DNA of 34,228 nt from Octopus bimaculoides (GCF_001194135.2 NC_068990.1:41975756-42009983); one strand, 5' to 3'; shown: positions 1 to 12,319, numbered from the stretch's first letter. The notes: generated from the sequence alone by a model not told the origin. Numbers and translations: made by a program.

Positions 1-235
1 ATATATATGTATATATATACATATATACATGTGTGTATGTGTGTGCGCACGCGCGTATGTATCTATGTATGTCTCTTTTCCCCCACCTTTGCTGTAGCTT
101 AACTCTCGCGGTTTTATTCTCTCTCCCCTTCCCTCCCTCCTTCTTTTACTTTCTCTTTCTCTCATACATGATTGTGCTACCTTATTCGTCTATCTTCTCC
201 CTTCTCTCCACGTTCCTCTCCTGACACTGACCTAA

Positions 236-267
<32 letters not shown>

Positions 268-490
268 TCACACTTACATGCACAGCATCATTCTGAACAG
301 TCTATCATCTGCTCCAGTCATTGACCATTTGACCCAGCTTCAGGCCATTTATCTCAGTACATTCTCCATAATCCAATGTTTATCATCTTACAATCATCTT
401 AGAGCACGAGGCAAGCAGGCCTTCTCCAGCAAGTCATCATTGCAACGCAGTTTCACTCCTCAGTTGACAGTTCTTTTCTTTTTACTTTAA

Positions 491-655
491 AGGTACAGAC
501 GTGGCTATGTTGTAAGCAGTTTGCTTCCTAACTACACGACTTAAGGTTCAGTCCTGCTATGTGACACCTTAGACAAGTGTTATCTGTAACCTCGGGCTGA
601 ACACAGAGGGTTAGGTAAAGAGATCGATAGAATAAGTATCAGATTTAAATAAATA
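491..655 (+). mobile_element. tRNA-derived SINE, family B (degenerate)
   Basis: A-box-like TGGCTATGTTG (~502-512) and B-box-like GGTTCAGTCC (545-554). These are followed by CACCTTAGACAAGTG, which resembles a CORE-type SINE body, and GATAGAATAAGTATCAG, which resembles the AATAAGTACCAG motif of the family A copies. Family assignment is from recall. Confidence 0.6.
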
Positions 656-869
656 CAAGGCATAAGATCATTCAAGGGAAATCAGTCCTGATTGTAAGGT
701 ATTGGCAAAACCCCATGAGTTGGTTAAAATATTGTGTATATTCAATTGTAAAATAATAAAATTAACTGTATATAAAACACATATACATGCATACGTATAT
801 ATGTATGTATATATATATAAGTACATGTATGTACATATATATATATATATATATATGTAAATATCTATA

Positions 870-1166
870 TCTATACAGCCCTGTATACATATACAAGTTT
901 CGATTAGGGAGCAAATATTTAAGAAAAAGTGGAAGTGTATTGGTAGCACAATTAGAAAAGACACACCAAATGTAGCGAAAAGTGCTTTACAGTGGAATCC
1001 GGATGTATATAGAAAGAGGGGTAGGCCTAAGAACTCTGGCATAGATCAACACAAAAGGAACTAGAGAAAGAGGGACATTCATGGCAGAGTATAACTACAG
1101 AAGCGAAAAAGTTATGCGAGATGGAATTCAATTATAAATGGCCTATACTCCGCATTGGAGGGTTAA
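870..1166 (+). mobile_element. RTE-clade non-LTR retrotransposon, 3' end of ORF (frameshifted)
   Basis: From 903 it reads IREQIFKKKWKCIGSTIRKDTPNVAKSALQWNPDVYRKRGRPKN. After frameshifts it continues WHRSTQKELEKEGHSW and RWNSIINGLYSALEG* (TAA 1164-1166). This matches the RTE C-terminal pattern RWxWIGH..ALxWNP.GKRKRGRP..W..GLC. Confidence 0.8.
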
Positions 1167-1724
1167 AGGCAAGAAAAAAAATATATGTCANNNNNNNNNN
1201 NNNNNNNNNNNNNNNNNNNNNNNNNNNNNNNNNNNNNNNNNNNNNNNNNNNNNNNNNNNNNNNNNNNNNNNNNNNNNNNNNNNNNNNNNNNNNNNNNNNN
1301 NNNNNNNNNNNNNNNNNNNNNNNNNNNNNNNNNNNNNNNNNNNNNNNNNNNNNNNNNNNNNNNNNNNNNNNNNNNNNNNNNNNNNNNNNNNNNNNNNNNN
1401 NNNNNNNNNNNNNNNNNNNNNNNNTTATATATTTGATCCTTTATATTGAACACTCAATATTTCATCTACATTCAATACTTTATTTCATGGTGCCATCCAT
1501 TTTTATTTTATTTTATATTATATATTGTATGTTATATTATATATTGTATATTCCATATTCTATACCCCACATTAGTTCTGCAGGAATATAAATAAAACAT
1601 AAAAAACAGACAGTGTTGGAACTCTTTTAAGCAAAATAATATATTCCTCTATACACAATCATACAAAAAAATCCACCTTTTTTTGTATTTATTTTTACTC
1701 GCATATATATATATATATATATAT

Positions 1725-2070
1725 ATAACAATTGAAGGGCAGGTGTCAATTTACTACGACCATTTCTAACGAGTCCTTTAACTGATTAATGAGTACATTA
1801 TATCATTATAAAGATTTTTTCTGATCTGATTAAATGTACACTGTTTTGGTAAATCCATCGAATCAAGTGAAATAGTAGCAGAATCATTGAGAATGTTTTG
1901 CACCGTGGATTTTAAAATATGTTAAATCATTTGGAATATCCTTGATTGTAAGGTTCATGTATTCATCTGAAGAAAACGGTTCCTTTATAATGATATAATA
2001 TACTTATTAATCAATTAAAGGAGTCGTTAGAAACAACGTAATGAAATGATAGCTGTCCTTCAATTGTTAT
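1725..2070. mobile_element. Non-autonomous foldback/MITE-like element with ~89-bp terminal inverted repeats
   Basis: 1725-1813 (ATAACAATTGAAGGGCAG...TATCATTATAAAG) is the reverse complement of 1983-2070, with about 14 differences by hand alignment. There is a ~170-bp spacer, and the left end abuts a (TA)n tract. Confidence 0.75.
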
Positions 2071-3300
2071 TTATTTATATTCACTTATCTCTGAACATGC
2101 CCTTCGCAATGTCTGAAGTGGATTATGGACTGTATATTTAATAAAATGTGCATGCCTGAATAGCCCAAGAGCGGATTATATACCCAGTTGGGTCAAATTG
2201 TTTGCATGCACTACAGGAATATCATTCTGTTGGTACTTCTGTACCAATGTTTGTATTTACATAATATTGTTGTGTGTGTATATTATTCCGACCTAACGTT
2301 GTCCCTCAACTTAAGTACCTAATTCAGCTGAATCTTATTTATATTATATATATATATATATGTATATATACAAAAGAATAAATAAATATAATTAAGGATA
2401 AATTGCAGAGCTTCTTAGAAATAAAAATGAAAAGATGGGATAAGACTACAATAGTATTTTAAAACTTGGAGACTAAGAATTAAGATATTAAATATAAAAT
2501 TTTCCGAAAAACCATAACGGTTAAAGAAGTAAAAAAAAAATTAAATGGATCAAACGACTGAATATCAACATTAAAAGTTAACACGGAAATTAAAAATTAG
2601 GAAATTGAAAATTAAAATAATAACGTACTGAAAATTCCAAAATCTAAATTGAAGATAAATATATAAAATTGAAATTGAAATTAAAAATTAAAGACTAAAC
2701 ACACACACACATATAAAAAGTCCTGGAGTTTCTCACTCCCAATGGATGGATGGCCGCTGACTCCATTGAATTCATCCGTCCTTTTAGAGATTTGATTTTC
2801 ATCTTGCAGGGTGTCAAACGAAAACCAACCTCTTAATCAAGTAGGCTTGCTTTAGTCACCGATGGCCTGATCATACGATAGGTTATACTGTGCTACTTAT
2901 TACTACAAATTAACACACATACACACACGTATCCTTATAGACGTATATACATACACTCTAATTGTATACATATATATCACATATGCGTATGTATATGTAT
3001 ATATAGATTCATTTATGCACACTTTATATAAGGAGCCAAACAAAGAATCTCCGTTGGGAAGTATATTCCACTTTGACTTTATTTGGATCTTTGTTTTGCT
3101 TTTCTTGAGGTATTTGCTTGTGACCTTAGCAGGCCCTCTGAAGTAGGTCAGATCGACGCAGTTATCTTTCGTCTGTAACAGATGGAAGTCGATGGCTACA
3201 CATTAAAAGATGGCTAGCGACGAATTTCAGAAGACCAATGTTCTGGGCAATACGTACTGAACGTAGAGGTTAGTATAAATCAGTGTGGTTGGACAACTGT

Positions 3301-3510
3301 AATAGTTGTTTCTACTATAAGCACAAGGCCTGAAATTTTGTGAGGACGAAGCTAGTCGATTACATTGACGCAAGTACTCAACTGGTACTTATTTTATTGA
3401 CCTAAAATGGTGAAAAGTAAAGTTGATCTCGGCAGTATCGTAAAGTGACGGAAGAAATACTGCTAAGTATTTAGTCTGACGCGCTAACGACTCCGCTAAC
3501 TCAACGCCTT
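3301..3510 (-). mobile_element. tRNA-derived SINE, family A
   Basis: Collinear with the copy at 9933-10157. Shared blocks are TTCTACTATAAGCACAAGGCCTGAAATTTT, ACTGGTACT, AAAGTTGAxCTCGGC, CTAAG and a terminal CGCCTT. Confidence 0.85.
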
Positions 3511-3544
3511 GAACTGCTGTAACAGTAGTGGAGAAAAAGAAACA

Positions 3545-4800
3545 AAATTGTATAGTGGAGGATGGGGTACATTGATAGGCGAATTCTTGCCAATCGTTTA
3601 AATGTTCTTTCTTTGCCTAAAGTATCATCTAAGTGTAGTAATAAGAGAATTTCCTGGTAAAAGTATATTGGAGTGGAATTTCTCATCACATTTTCAATCA
3701 ACGTGGGACTCGTTGATGATACAGTTCTGGCACTACTCACAAGAATGAAAAGCATCTGCATTTAACCCATGTTTACAGATGCTTGCATTTGTCAGAGAAG
3801 GATTCGCTGTCAAGGTCAAGGATACTATATCCTATGATATAACATGCGAAAATATAGCCCGATTCTCTACCGACTCGGTCACATCAATGGCTAGTCTATA
3901 AATGTATTTTGGTAAATTGATTGCATTTCAAGCATTCAAACCAAAACTCTCACAGTTCGGTCCACTTTTACGTTTCACATAATTGAAGGCGAACGGCAAC
4001 GTGACAATACATGAGCAAAATATATACAGATAAGTATGAAATGTCAATAGCAAAAGAGTTTCCAATTGATGGAGATCAATCCAGATTAATTCGGAGGAAA
4101 TTTTATAGTGTCATCTTGTTATGCTACATTAATGGCATCAAAATTCTCTCTCCATGTTACGTGTCCAATGGGGGCACATAGCCTGAGCAATCTCATTGAG
4201 CTTCGTCAGTCTTGATGCTCACATCCACCCTTTGTAAGACACTTAAGATAGCACCTACCTTTCTACTTTCGCCTTCTTCTGCAACAGAACTTGACGAAAT
4301 TGATGAAGATTTGGGACAGTAAGAGAAAGCTCTGTCCTCGACCCTTTTTAACATGTCAACCACACAAACTCCTTTACCATATGCATCAGATAGAAGAAAA
4401 CTTACTGATTTTATGTTTAACTAGAGGAAAGTGACGTTTGGATATCCATTGCAAACTCGGTTAACAGCCTGCTTTGCCCTATGTGTAGCAGCAGATGTTC
4501 AACATATACCCACAAGTCAGAAACGCACGGCTAGAAAGGATTATGTGTCTTCCATGCATCTCGGACTGGTTTGGTTATTGCCGCTGCTCTGCCTGAAGAG
4601 ATTGTTACCGACAGAAAAGCTTCCTCTGTAGCAGTGCTGGTACAACGATTTTGAAAATGTTTTATAAAGCTCAACCTGAAAGTCCTGCAGATGAAAGTGC
4701 TCAGACTGTCTGAGTTGCTACCCACAATGGTTCTTAGATCATCATCATCCATACTTTCGAAAGAATGCGTGAGTAAATTTTTCGTTCCCACAGTCGCAAT
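3545..4800 (-). mobile_element. Highly degenerate Ty3/gypsy LTR-retrotransposon internal region (gag zinc knuckle and RT)
   Basis: Minus-strand remnants occur in the correct order. A CCHC-like CYT*GKAG..RVC lies at ~4451-4492. RT motifs follow: VKRKSG, IDVTESV..AIFS, ICKHGL (3763-3778), and MLFILVSSA..LIENVMR..QEILLLLHLDD (HLDD at 3624-3635, in place of YLDD). Many stops and frameshifts; no LTR found. Confidence 0.55.
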
Positions 4801-5189
4801 ATTGTTTATGTGCAGTGAAGCTGAGAGCTAGAGAACCTTCCTCTTACGTATTCACCCACTCCTTACGCATTACCCGATGTTTGTCTCACTTCTTCTATCG
4901 CAAAAATTATGACGGCTTTCAGGGGATCCATGTTTATTTTTATTTATTTTATAGAAAAATGTTTCTTTTTTCTTAAACTCGGAACTTTAAACAATGTGAT
5001 GGCCTTCAGTAGAGTAGTCCTCAAAGGAACAAAGCCAATACGATATTGTTTTTCGGTTTTTCAATAACATTGACGTCAAAACATGAATAAATAATGTAAG
5101 CAGATCCCTGTTAAGGTGAATTCTGTAGTCATCACGGAGAAAAGTAATCAATAACAACAAAAACAATAATAGTAATATTTGGTTCAAGT

Positions 5190-5385
5190 ATAGACATAAG
5201 GAATGGAATTTTTAGGTGGATGATTTAGTAGATTAAATCAACCTTGATATTTAACTGGTTCCTTATTTTATCTATACTGGTAAAAAGAGGAGTAAAAATT
5301 ATTTCGGTCGAATTTGGATACAAAACAGAAGACAAATCTTGTATTTGAACCGAAGCTCTAACGATCTCTCCAATTAACTGCAATT
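5190..5385 (-). mobile_element. Very degenerate SINE family A copy
   Basis: Block order TAGATTAAATCAACC / TTAACTGGTTCCTTATTTTATC / CGGTCGAATTTG / CTAACGATC parallels the better preserved copies. Confidence 0.45.
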
Positions 5386-5454
5386 AACTGAGTTTTTTTA
5401 TGTCGTCAACTCCGAGTTTCTCGTTCTTGCTTTTGGAAATTGGGGTGGGAAGAA

Positions 5455-5488
5455 ACAAGAAGAGAGTGAGAGAGAAAGAGAGAGAGAA

Positions 5489-5548
<60 letters not shown>
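5455..5548. repeat. (GA)n microsatellite
   Basis: Directly visible. Confidence 0.95.
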
Positions 5549-5552
<4 letters not shown>

Positions 5553-5919
5553 TATAAAATATATTGGTTTTTATTCTATTCTATTTTATTCTATTTTATT
5601 TATTTTCAAATTTTCCGTTATTTCATAGAAAGTTGAGCAAAAGTTAATTAGACATCGTTAAAATCGCGACCGAAAAATGTCTAACTGTAAATACTGGAGT
5701 ATTTGTTTGTTTATTAGTAAACATGGTTTAATTGTTTATTTATTGCACATACGCACCCAATCCTGGTACCCATACTACCCCCCTACTTCTATTCAAATAT
5801 CTAATAACACAACAGCAAAAAATACTTGAGGACACATTGACCCGCTGCCATATTTCAATATTGTATTATTTCCTTACACTGTTCTCTATTGATTCTGTGA
5901 CTTGCTGGAGATGTCTGGT

Positions 5920-7450
5920 GATGACGCTATTTACCATTGTTGTTGTCATTATTGCTGTAGTAGCTTGTTGTTATTGTTGTTGTCGTCATCGTCATCGTCG
6001 TCGTCGTTACTGCTGTCAATGTTACTGGTGTTGCTTTTAAAATTGTTCCTGTTGCCGTCGTGTTTCTTCTTCTTCTTCTTCTTCTTCTTCTTCTTCTTCT
6101 TCTTTTTCTTCTTCTTCTTCTTCTTCTCCTCCTCCTCCTTCTTCTTCTTCTTCTTCTTCTTCTCCTCCTCCTNNNNNNNNNNNNNNNNNNNNNNNNNNNN
6201 NNNNNNNNNNNNNNNNNNNNNNNNNNNNNNNNNNNNNNNNNNNNNNNNNNNNNNNNNNNNNNNNNNNNNNNNNNNNNNNNNNNNNNNNNNNNNNNNNNNN
6301 NNNNNNNNNNNNNNNNNNNNNNNNNNNNNNNNNNNNNNNNNNNNNNNNNNNNNNNNNNNNNNNNNNNNNNNNNNNNNNNNNNNNNNNNNNNNNNNNNNNN
6401 NNNNNNNNNNNNNNNNNNNNNNNNNNNNNNNNNNNNNNNNNNNNNNNNNNNNNNNNNNNNNNNNNNNNNNNNNNNNNNNNNNNNNNNNNNNNNNNNNNNN
6501 NNNNNNNNNNNNNNNNNNNNNNNNNNNNNNNNNNNNNNNNNNNNNNNNTCTTTTTCTTCTTCTTCTTCTTCTTCTTCTTCTTCTTCTTCTTCATTTTCTT
6601 CTTTTCTTCTTCTTCTTCTTCTTCTTCTTCTTCTTCTTCTTCTTCTTCTTCTTCTTCTTCTTCTTCGTCGTCGTCGTCGTCTTCTTATTCTTCTTCTTCT
6701 TCTTCTTCTTGTCCTCCTCCTCCTCCTCCTCCTCCTTCCTAATGTCGTTGTTATTGTCATTGTTATACTACTGTTGTCGGTGATGATGATGATCATGATG
6801 ATCATGAACCTGATCATGATAAATGAACTTAATGTTATTTTCTTTGCTTTCGCTATGGACATTGCTGTAAATAAGTTGCATTCGTTGTTGTTGTTCTTGT
6901 TGTTGTCATTGTTGTTGCTATTCCTCTTGCTTTTACTGTTGGTATTCTTGTTATTTTTGTTGTTGTCATCGCATTTTTTTATTTTCATTATAGAAGATAT
7001 TTGCAGTTACTGATGTTACTATTATTTTTGTTGCTGTTGTAGTTGTTGTAGTTGTTGTTACCGTTGTTTTTGCTATTTTTGTTGCCATTTGATTGTTCTT
7101 GTAGGTGTTACCTCTGTACCCATCGCTGTTCTTACTTTTGTTGCTATTGCAGTTGTACCGGTGTCATCGGTGACATTTCGTGATTAGATGTGGTTATTGT
7201 CATTGATGCAGTATCAGTAGTAGCAGCAGCAGCAGCAGCAGCGACAGCAGCTGTAGTAGTAGTAGTAGTAGAAATAGTAGTAGTAGTAGTAACTGTAAAC
7301 CTTGTTTTTGTTGCTAGTGGTCGTGTTGTTCATCTGACAGATGACGCTGCAGCAGACATTATTGTTGTTCTTACTGTTGTTGCTGTTGATGATGTTAATG
7401 GTAATATTGTTGACGTTTCTGTTGTTTTATAGTTGTTAAATGTTGTTGCA
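5920..7450. repeat. Compound trinucleotide low-complexity tract (GTT/GTC/CTT/CCT/GAT/GTA/GCA) spanning gap 6173-6548
   Basis: Directly visible. It generates the poly-R/E/L/F pseudo-ORFs. Confidence 0.95.
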
Positions 7451-7798
7451 TTTTTCTTGTTCCATTTATTTATTTATTATTGTATGTCCTTTTATATTTC
7501 AGTCAGAGACAAATTGGAACCAATTTTGAAATTTCAAAAGAAAAGAAACAAAGTAAGTGCAAAATGAAAAGAAAATGGAAAAGAAAAAAAATTAAAATAT
7601 GCAATATATAATGAGAAAAATATTGACACAAGAATAACAATTATATAAATAACAGAAAATATAAAATATCACTTTTAATACTCACGCTGTCTCTTTCATA
7701 TATATTATATTTGTATATATTTATTTATATATACATACATACATACATATATATATATGCATGTATGCATACGTACACACACACACAGATACATAAAC

Positions 7799-7834
<36 letters not shown>

Positions 7835-8099
7835 ATGTATATATGTATATACAATTATACATATTCAGTGAGAGAGAGCCAGAAATAGAAGGAGAGAGAG
7901 AGACTCTTTTAGCCATGACCATCCCGTTGATGACAGACTGAGGAAATTTAGCTGCTGCTTCCAACAAGTCGAGAAATCATTTCAAATTTCATCAGTAATG
8001 TCTCAAGAAGACCACTTTGTACCAGTAATTGAGCCAGTTTCGCTGTCTGATTTTAAATATATGTGTGTATGCGTGTCTGAGACAGAGAGAGAGAGAGAG

Positions 8100-8173
<74 letters not shown>

Positions 8174-8259
8174 TATCTATATGTGTGTATATATGTCAAT
8201 ATATATATGTATAAATTCATGCATTTCTTTCATCTTCTCTGTCTCTGTCTGTCTCCCCC

Positions 8260-8294
<35 letters not shown>

Positions 8295-8433
8295 CGCACA
8301 TAAATACATACATATGTATCTAGTTATATATACACTTATATATCTATATATATATATATATACATATATAGTTATATATATACATACATATGCATGTATA
8401 CATATATACATACATATATATATATATATATAT

Positions 8434-8461
8434 GAGAGAAGGTGAAAGAGATCTATGAATT

Positions 8462-8505
<44 letters not shown>

Positions 8506-8579
8506 TATATATATATATATATATAAATGCGTGTGTGTGTGTGTGTGTATAAATTCATAGATCTCTTTCACCTTCTCTC
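8434..8579. repeat. Near-perfect ~146-bp palindrome centred on a (TA)n tract
   Basis: 8434-8463 (GAGAGAAGGTGAAAGAGATCTATGAATTTA) is the exact reverse complement of 8550-8579. The inner (CA)n-CACGCAT arm pairs with the ATGCGTG-(TG)n arm. Confidence 0.9.
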
Positions 8580-8608
8580 CTGCCATGTGTACATACAGAT
8601 AATCGTGC

Positions 8609-8719
<111 letters not shown>

Positions 8720-8850
8720 CATACATATATATATGTGTTTATATATATTTATATATATATACATACATTTACACATATATGTCATACCTCCATGTTTCTA
8801 TATGTCTCTATGTGCATTCCTACATGACTCTTAAACATATATATGCTCCT

Positions 8851-8897
<47 letters not shown>

Positions 8898-9379
8898 CAC
8901 ACACACACATCCACAAACATATGCAGACATCCTTTCCGTCCTTCATCTATATCTCTCCTCCATCTCTCCTGTCATCTTCTCCGTTAATCAATACAGAAAC
9001 AACATGGCTGTGTTTGCTTTCGCTTTTCTACGGGATATTTCCAGCTTGTCAAGCTTTCAAATAATTTCGCTGACACATTTGCTTGTTTCCTGCTGTAATG
9101 AGTTCTAATTGCCCGGATGATCTGTTGGGTTACACTAGTGAAACGAACGCGAAGACAGCGGGCCAAAGGTGAATGGGAAGTAGAGATGGGGTGGGGAGAA
9201 CGTAGGGAGAAGGGGAAGGCTGAGTGGGGGTTAGGAAAAGATGTAGTCATAATGAGAAGGTACGATGAGGAAAAGGTAAAAGGAATTTGACGCAGAGGTG
9301 TAAAAGGTGCGAAATGGTGGATTGCAATTAAGAGAAGAGGTAGTAGAAAAGAAATGAAAAGAACAAGCCGAAAGAAAGA

Positions 9380-9383
9380 ATGA

Positions 9384-9415
<32 letters not shown>

Positions 9416-9485
9416 CAGAAAGAAAGAAAGACAGAAAGAAAGAAAGAAAGAAAAAAGAAAGAAAGAAAGAAAGGAAGGAAGAAAA
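9380..9485. repeat. (GAAA)n tetranucleotide repeat within a purine-rich tract
   Basis: Directly visible. Confidence 0.9.
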
Positions 9486-9932
9486 GTTAAAGGGAAAGTA
9501 AAACGAAGCAATAAGAAAAACAGAAAATCGAAAATTGCATACACGTATGAGGAGAAAGAAAAGGAGAAAACAAAAGATACGAAACGAGAAAAGAAAAAGA
9601 GAAAGAAAACGAAAGGAAAAGAAAGAAGCAAAGGAGAAAGAAAACAACAAGAAAAGAAAGAATAAAGTTAATTAAATGATGATGATGACGACGACGACGA
9701 CGACAGCGGTGGTGGTAGTAATGGCGGTGGTAGAATGGGGAAGTGGTGGAGTAGGGAGGCGGTGGTTGAGGTGATGATGGTGGTGGTAGCGGAGTTGGCA
9801 GTGCTGGTGGTAGTGCTGGTAGTGGTTGTGGTGGTGATGAGGATGACGACCACGACCACGAAGAGAATGCTGGTACTGATTATTGAGTTTGTGGTGATGA
9901 TAATGATGAAGCTAGGAGGAGGAGGTTGACGG

Positions 9933-10157
9933 AATAATGATAATAATAATCTTTTCTACTATAAGCACAAGGCCTGAAATTTTTTTTGTGGGGGGGGGGG
10001 CTAGCCTGTTACGTCGATCCCAGTATTTCACTGGTACTTAAATTGTCGACCCCAAAAGATGAAAGGCAAAGTTGACCTCGGCGAAATTTGAACTCAGAAC
10101 GTAGCGACGGGCGAATACCACTAAGCATTTCGTCCAGCGCTAATGATTCACCGCCTT
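9933..10157 (-). mobile_element. tRNA-derived SINE, family A (best preserved copy)
   Basis: On the minus strand: head AAGGCGGTGAATCATTAGCG, B-box GAGTTCAAAT, central GAGGTCAACTTTGCCTTTCATCTTTTGGGGTCGACAATTTAAGTACCAG, 3' end AGGCCTTGTGCTTATAGTAGAAAAG and an (ATT)n tail. Confidence 0.9.
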
Positions 10158-10169
10158 TGTAATAAGGAT

Positions 10170-10176
10170 GATGATG

Positions 10177-10243
<67 letters not shown>

Positions 10244-10345
10244 CAGCAACAACAACAACATATATACGTACATAGGTACATACATACTTATATACACACA
10301 TAAGTATGTATGTATGTATGTATGTATGTATGTATGTATATATGT
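10170..10345. repeat. (AAT)n, (AAC)n and (TATG)n microsatellites
   Basis: Directly visible. Confidence 0.9.
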
Positions 10346-10871
10346 ATGTGTGATGTATAGTCGAATTCGGTATAAACAAAACCGCTTTATTTGTTGTGTA
10401 CGAACTCACGAATCATTTCGAAAGCATATTTCCACACCCACTCAGTTGTCCCAACTCCATATTAGCACATTTCAACGAAGCAGGATTTGAAGTTGCTACG
10501 TCACTTCAATATTCCGTGGCGATTTACACCGATTAAGATAGAGTAGAGATTCTACTCAAAGCTATAGTTTAGGTCTAGCGGAATTACTTAAGTTGGTGGA
10601 TATTGGGATGAAAATTACAGAAGATATTAGACTAGGCAAGGATTCGGACCGGATTAACATATTAATAATAGTAATCGTGACAATCGCCCATCCCACACTC
10701 TTTTCCGCCCCATTTCTTTCGGTCTCACTATACACCCTCATCCACACGCATGTATACTTATACATACACAAACATACATGTATATGTGCGTGTGAGTGTG
10801 TATGTGCATGTACATATATGTAAACACATTTGTATAGATTCAGGTATACAAATGCAGATACATACACACAT

Positions 10872-10909
<38 letters not shown>

Positions 10910-10996
10910 NNNNNNNNNNNNNNNNNNNNNNNNNNNNNNNNNNNNNNNNNNNNNNNNNNNNNNNNNNNNNNNNNNNNNNNNNNNNNNNNNNNNNNN

Positions 10997-11043
<47 letters not shown>

Positions 11044-11624
11044 TATAAAGTAAATATATATATTATAATATATATAGACAATAAACACACACACATATAT
11101 ATAAGTAAATATATATATTTAAGATATGTATGTTACTTTGTAGCTAATAATCCGCTTGTGGATGAATTACAGTAGAAATAGTAAGACTGGCTATATGACA
11201 TTTTCTTTCGTCAAGCTTTATATTTCGACCCTGAAACCAGTTCAGGTGAGGAGATAAGTACTTGAGACATAATTATTATAATGCGCGAACATTATGCATG
11301 ATGAGTGGCGTGGCGGTTTCGATTTTTATATGAAACTGGTATCATGTCTTGTAATCCATTAATGTGATGAATTTAATCCCATTAAGAACCCTAACACCCA
11401 TTGTTTTCAACGTATCTTAGAGCCTAAAAGAAATTATTAGATATTACTACTGTTGGTGTTGCTGTTGTTACTGTTATACAGCCCCAAGCAATTCCTATTG
11501 GAGTAAACCCAATGATCGAAGACAATCTGTCCATGTATTGTCTGTTTGGTTTTTTTTTTACACACTACATTTCCAATTAACCAGTTCAAAATCCGGCTTT
11601 TGTTGTGTGGTGGTTTTATGAACC

Positions 11625-12050
11625 TCAATATCCACTAGAGCTATGCCAGCGAAGCTCAAGTCCAAGGTATGACCACCTGTGATGGGCAGGTCAAAGCATA
11701 GAGGCCAAGCTAATATAGGCCACCTCTTCTCAGGGGTGGCTTATGAGCCTCAATAACCCTAAGAGTTTCGCCAGCGAAGTTCAAGTCCCAAGTAGGCGTA
11801 CCCATGGTGGATAGAGCAAAGGACAGAGTCCAAAGTAATATAGGCCATTTCTTCCCAGGGGTAAAAATGGATTTGCTTAGGGTTAATAGGCCTACATAGC
11901 AAAACAACAAAGTTACAGAAGCATCAATGACAGTTCAAAACGAAGACGTGAGAGAAGAGAGAAGCAGAAAAGAGAGCGCAGAATCGAGAACATTGGAGAA
12001 AAGTCTTGGACCGCTTATGTTCCCTAAGGAGCGAAGGGCTTAAGAAGACA
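11625..12050 (+). mobile_element. RTE-derived non-autonomous element: duplicated ~125-bp 5' unit fused to the ORF 3' end
   Basis: Two collinear units: GCCAGCGAAGYTCAAGTCC at ~11645 and ~11770, and TAATATAGGCCA..TTCxCAGGGGT at ~11711 and ~11836. These are followed by a frame ending KAEKRAQNREHWRKVLDRLCSLRSEGLKKT*, typical of an RTE C-terminus (A.DR..WR..V..LC). Confidence 0.65.
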
Positions 12051-12319
12051 TAATCAATAAATCACTTTCAAAACAGGGTAGAATGTGATTTGAGAGATAT
12101 TTGGCTATTAATCCTTGAAGGTCGAGCGATCACTTAGATGTTCTCTTGTTGGTACAAATAGATGCTATTATTTAGAAAGCGTCTAAAATGAGTGCCTTGA
12201 TATGGTTTTCATTGAAACTGCGGTTTGATAGAGTATCGAATAGTAAAATGCAAAAATGCAACATTGTGATGATTTTCATAGTTTTCTCCCAATTTTCGTT
12301 TGTTTTATAGAATTTGTTT

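Noticed and set aside
278-470. Non-repetitive stretch with a minus-strand GTAAGT donor and a faint resemblance to a LINE C-terminus
   Set aside because: There are stops in all three minus frames, no good acceptor, and motif similarity too weak to call.
5902-7013. Long ORFs (293-353 aa) rich in poly-R/E/L/F
   Set aside because: They are translations of trinucleotide repeats and an N gap, and are open on both strands.
9115-9150. CGGATGA...GAAAC, superficially hammerhead-like
   Set aside because: The core is CGGA rather than CUGA, and no stem II closing pair or stem I/III could be formed.
11640-11900. Spaced direct repeats as a possible CRISPR-like array
   Set aside because: There are only two long diverged units in a eukaryotic context, better explained as a tandem duplication in a retroelement 5' region.
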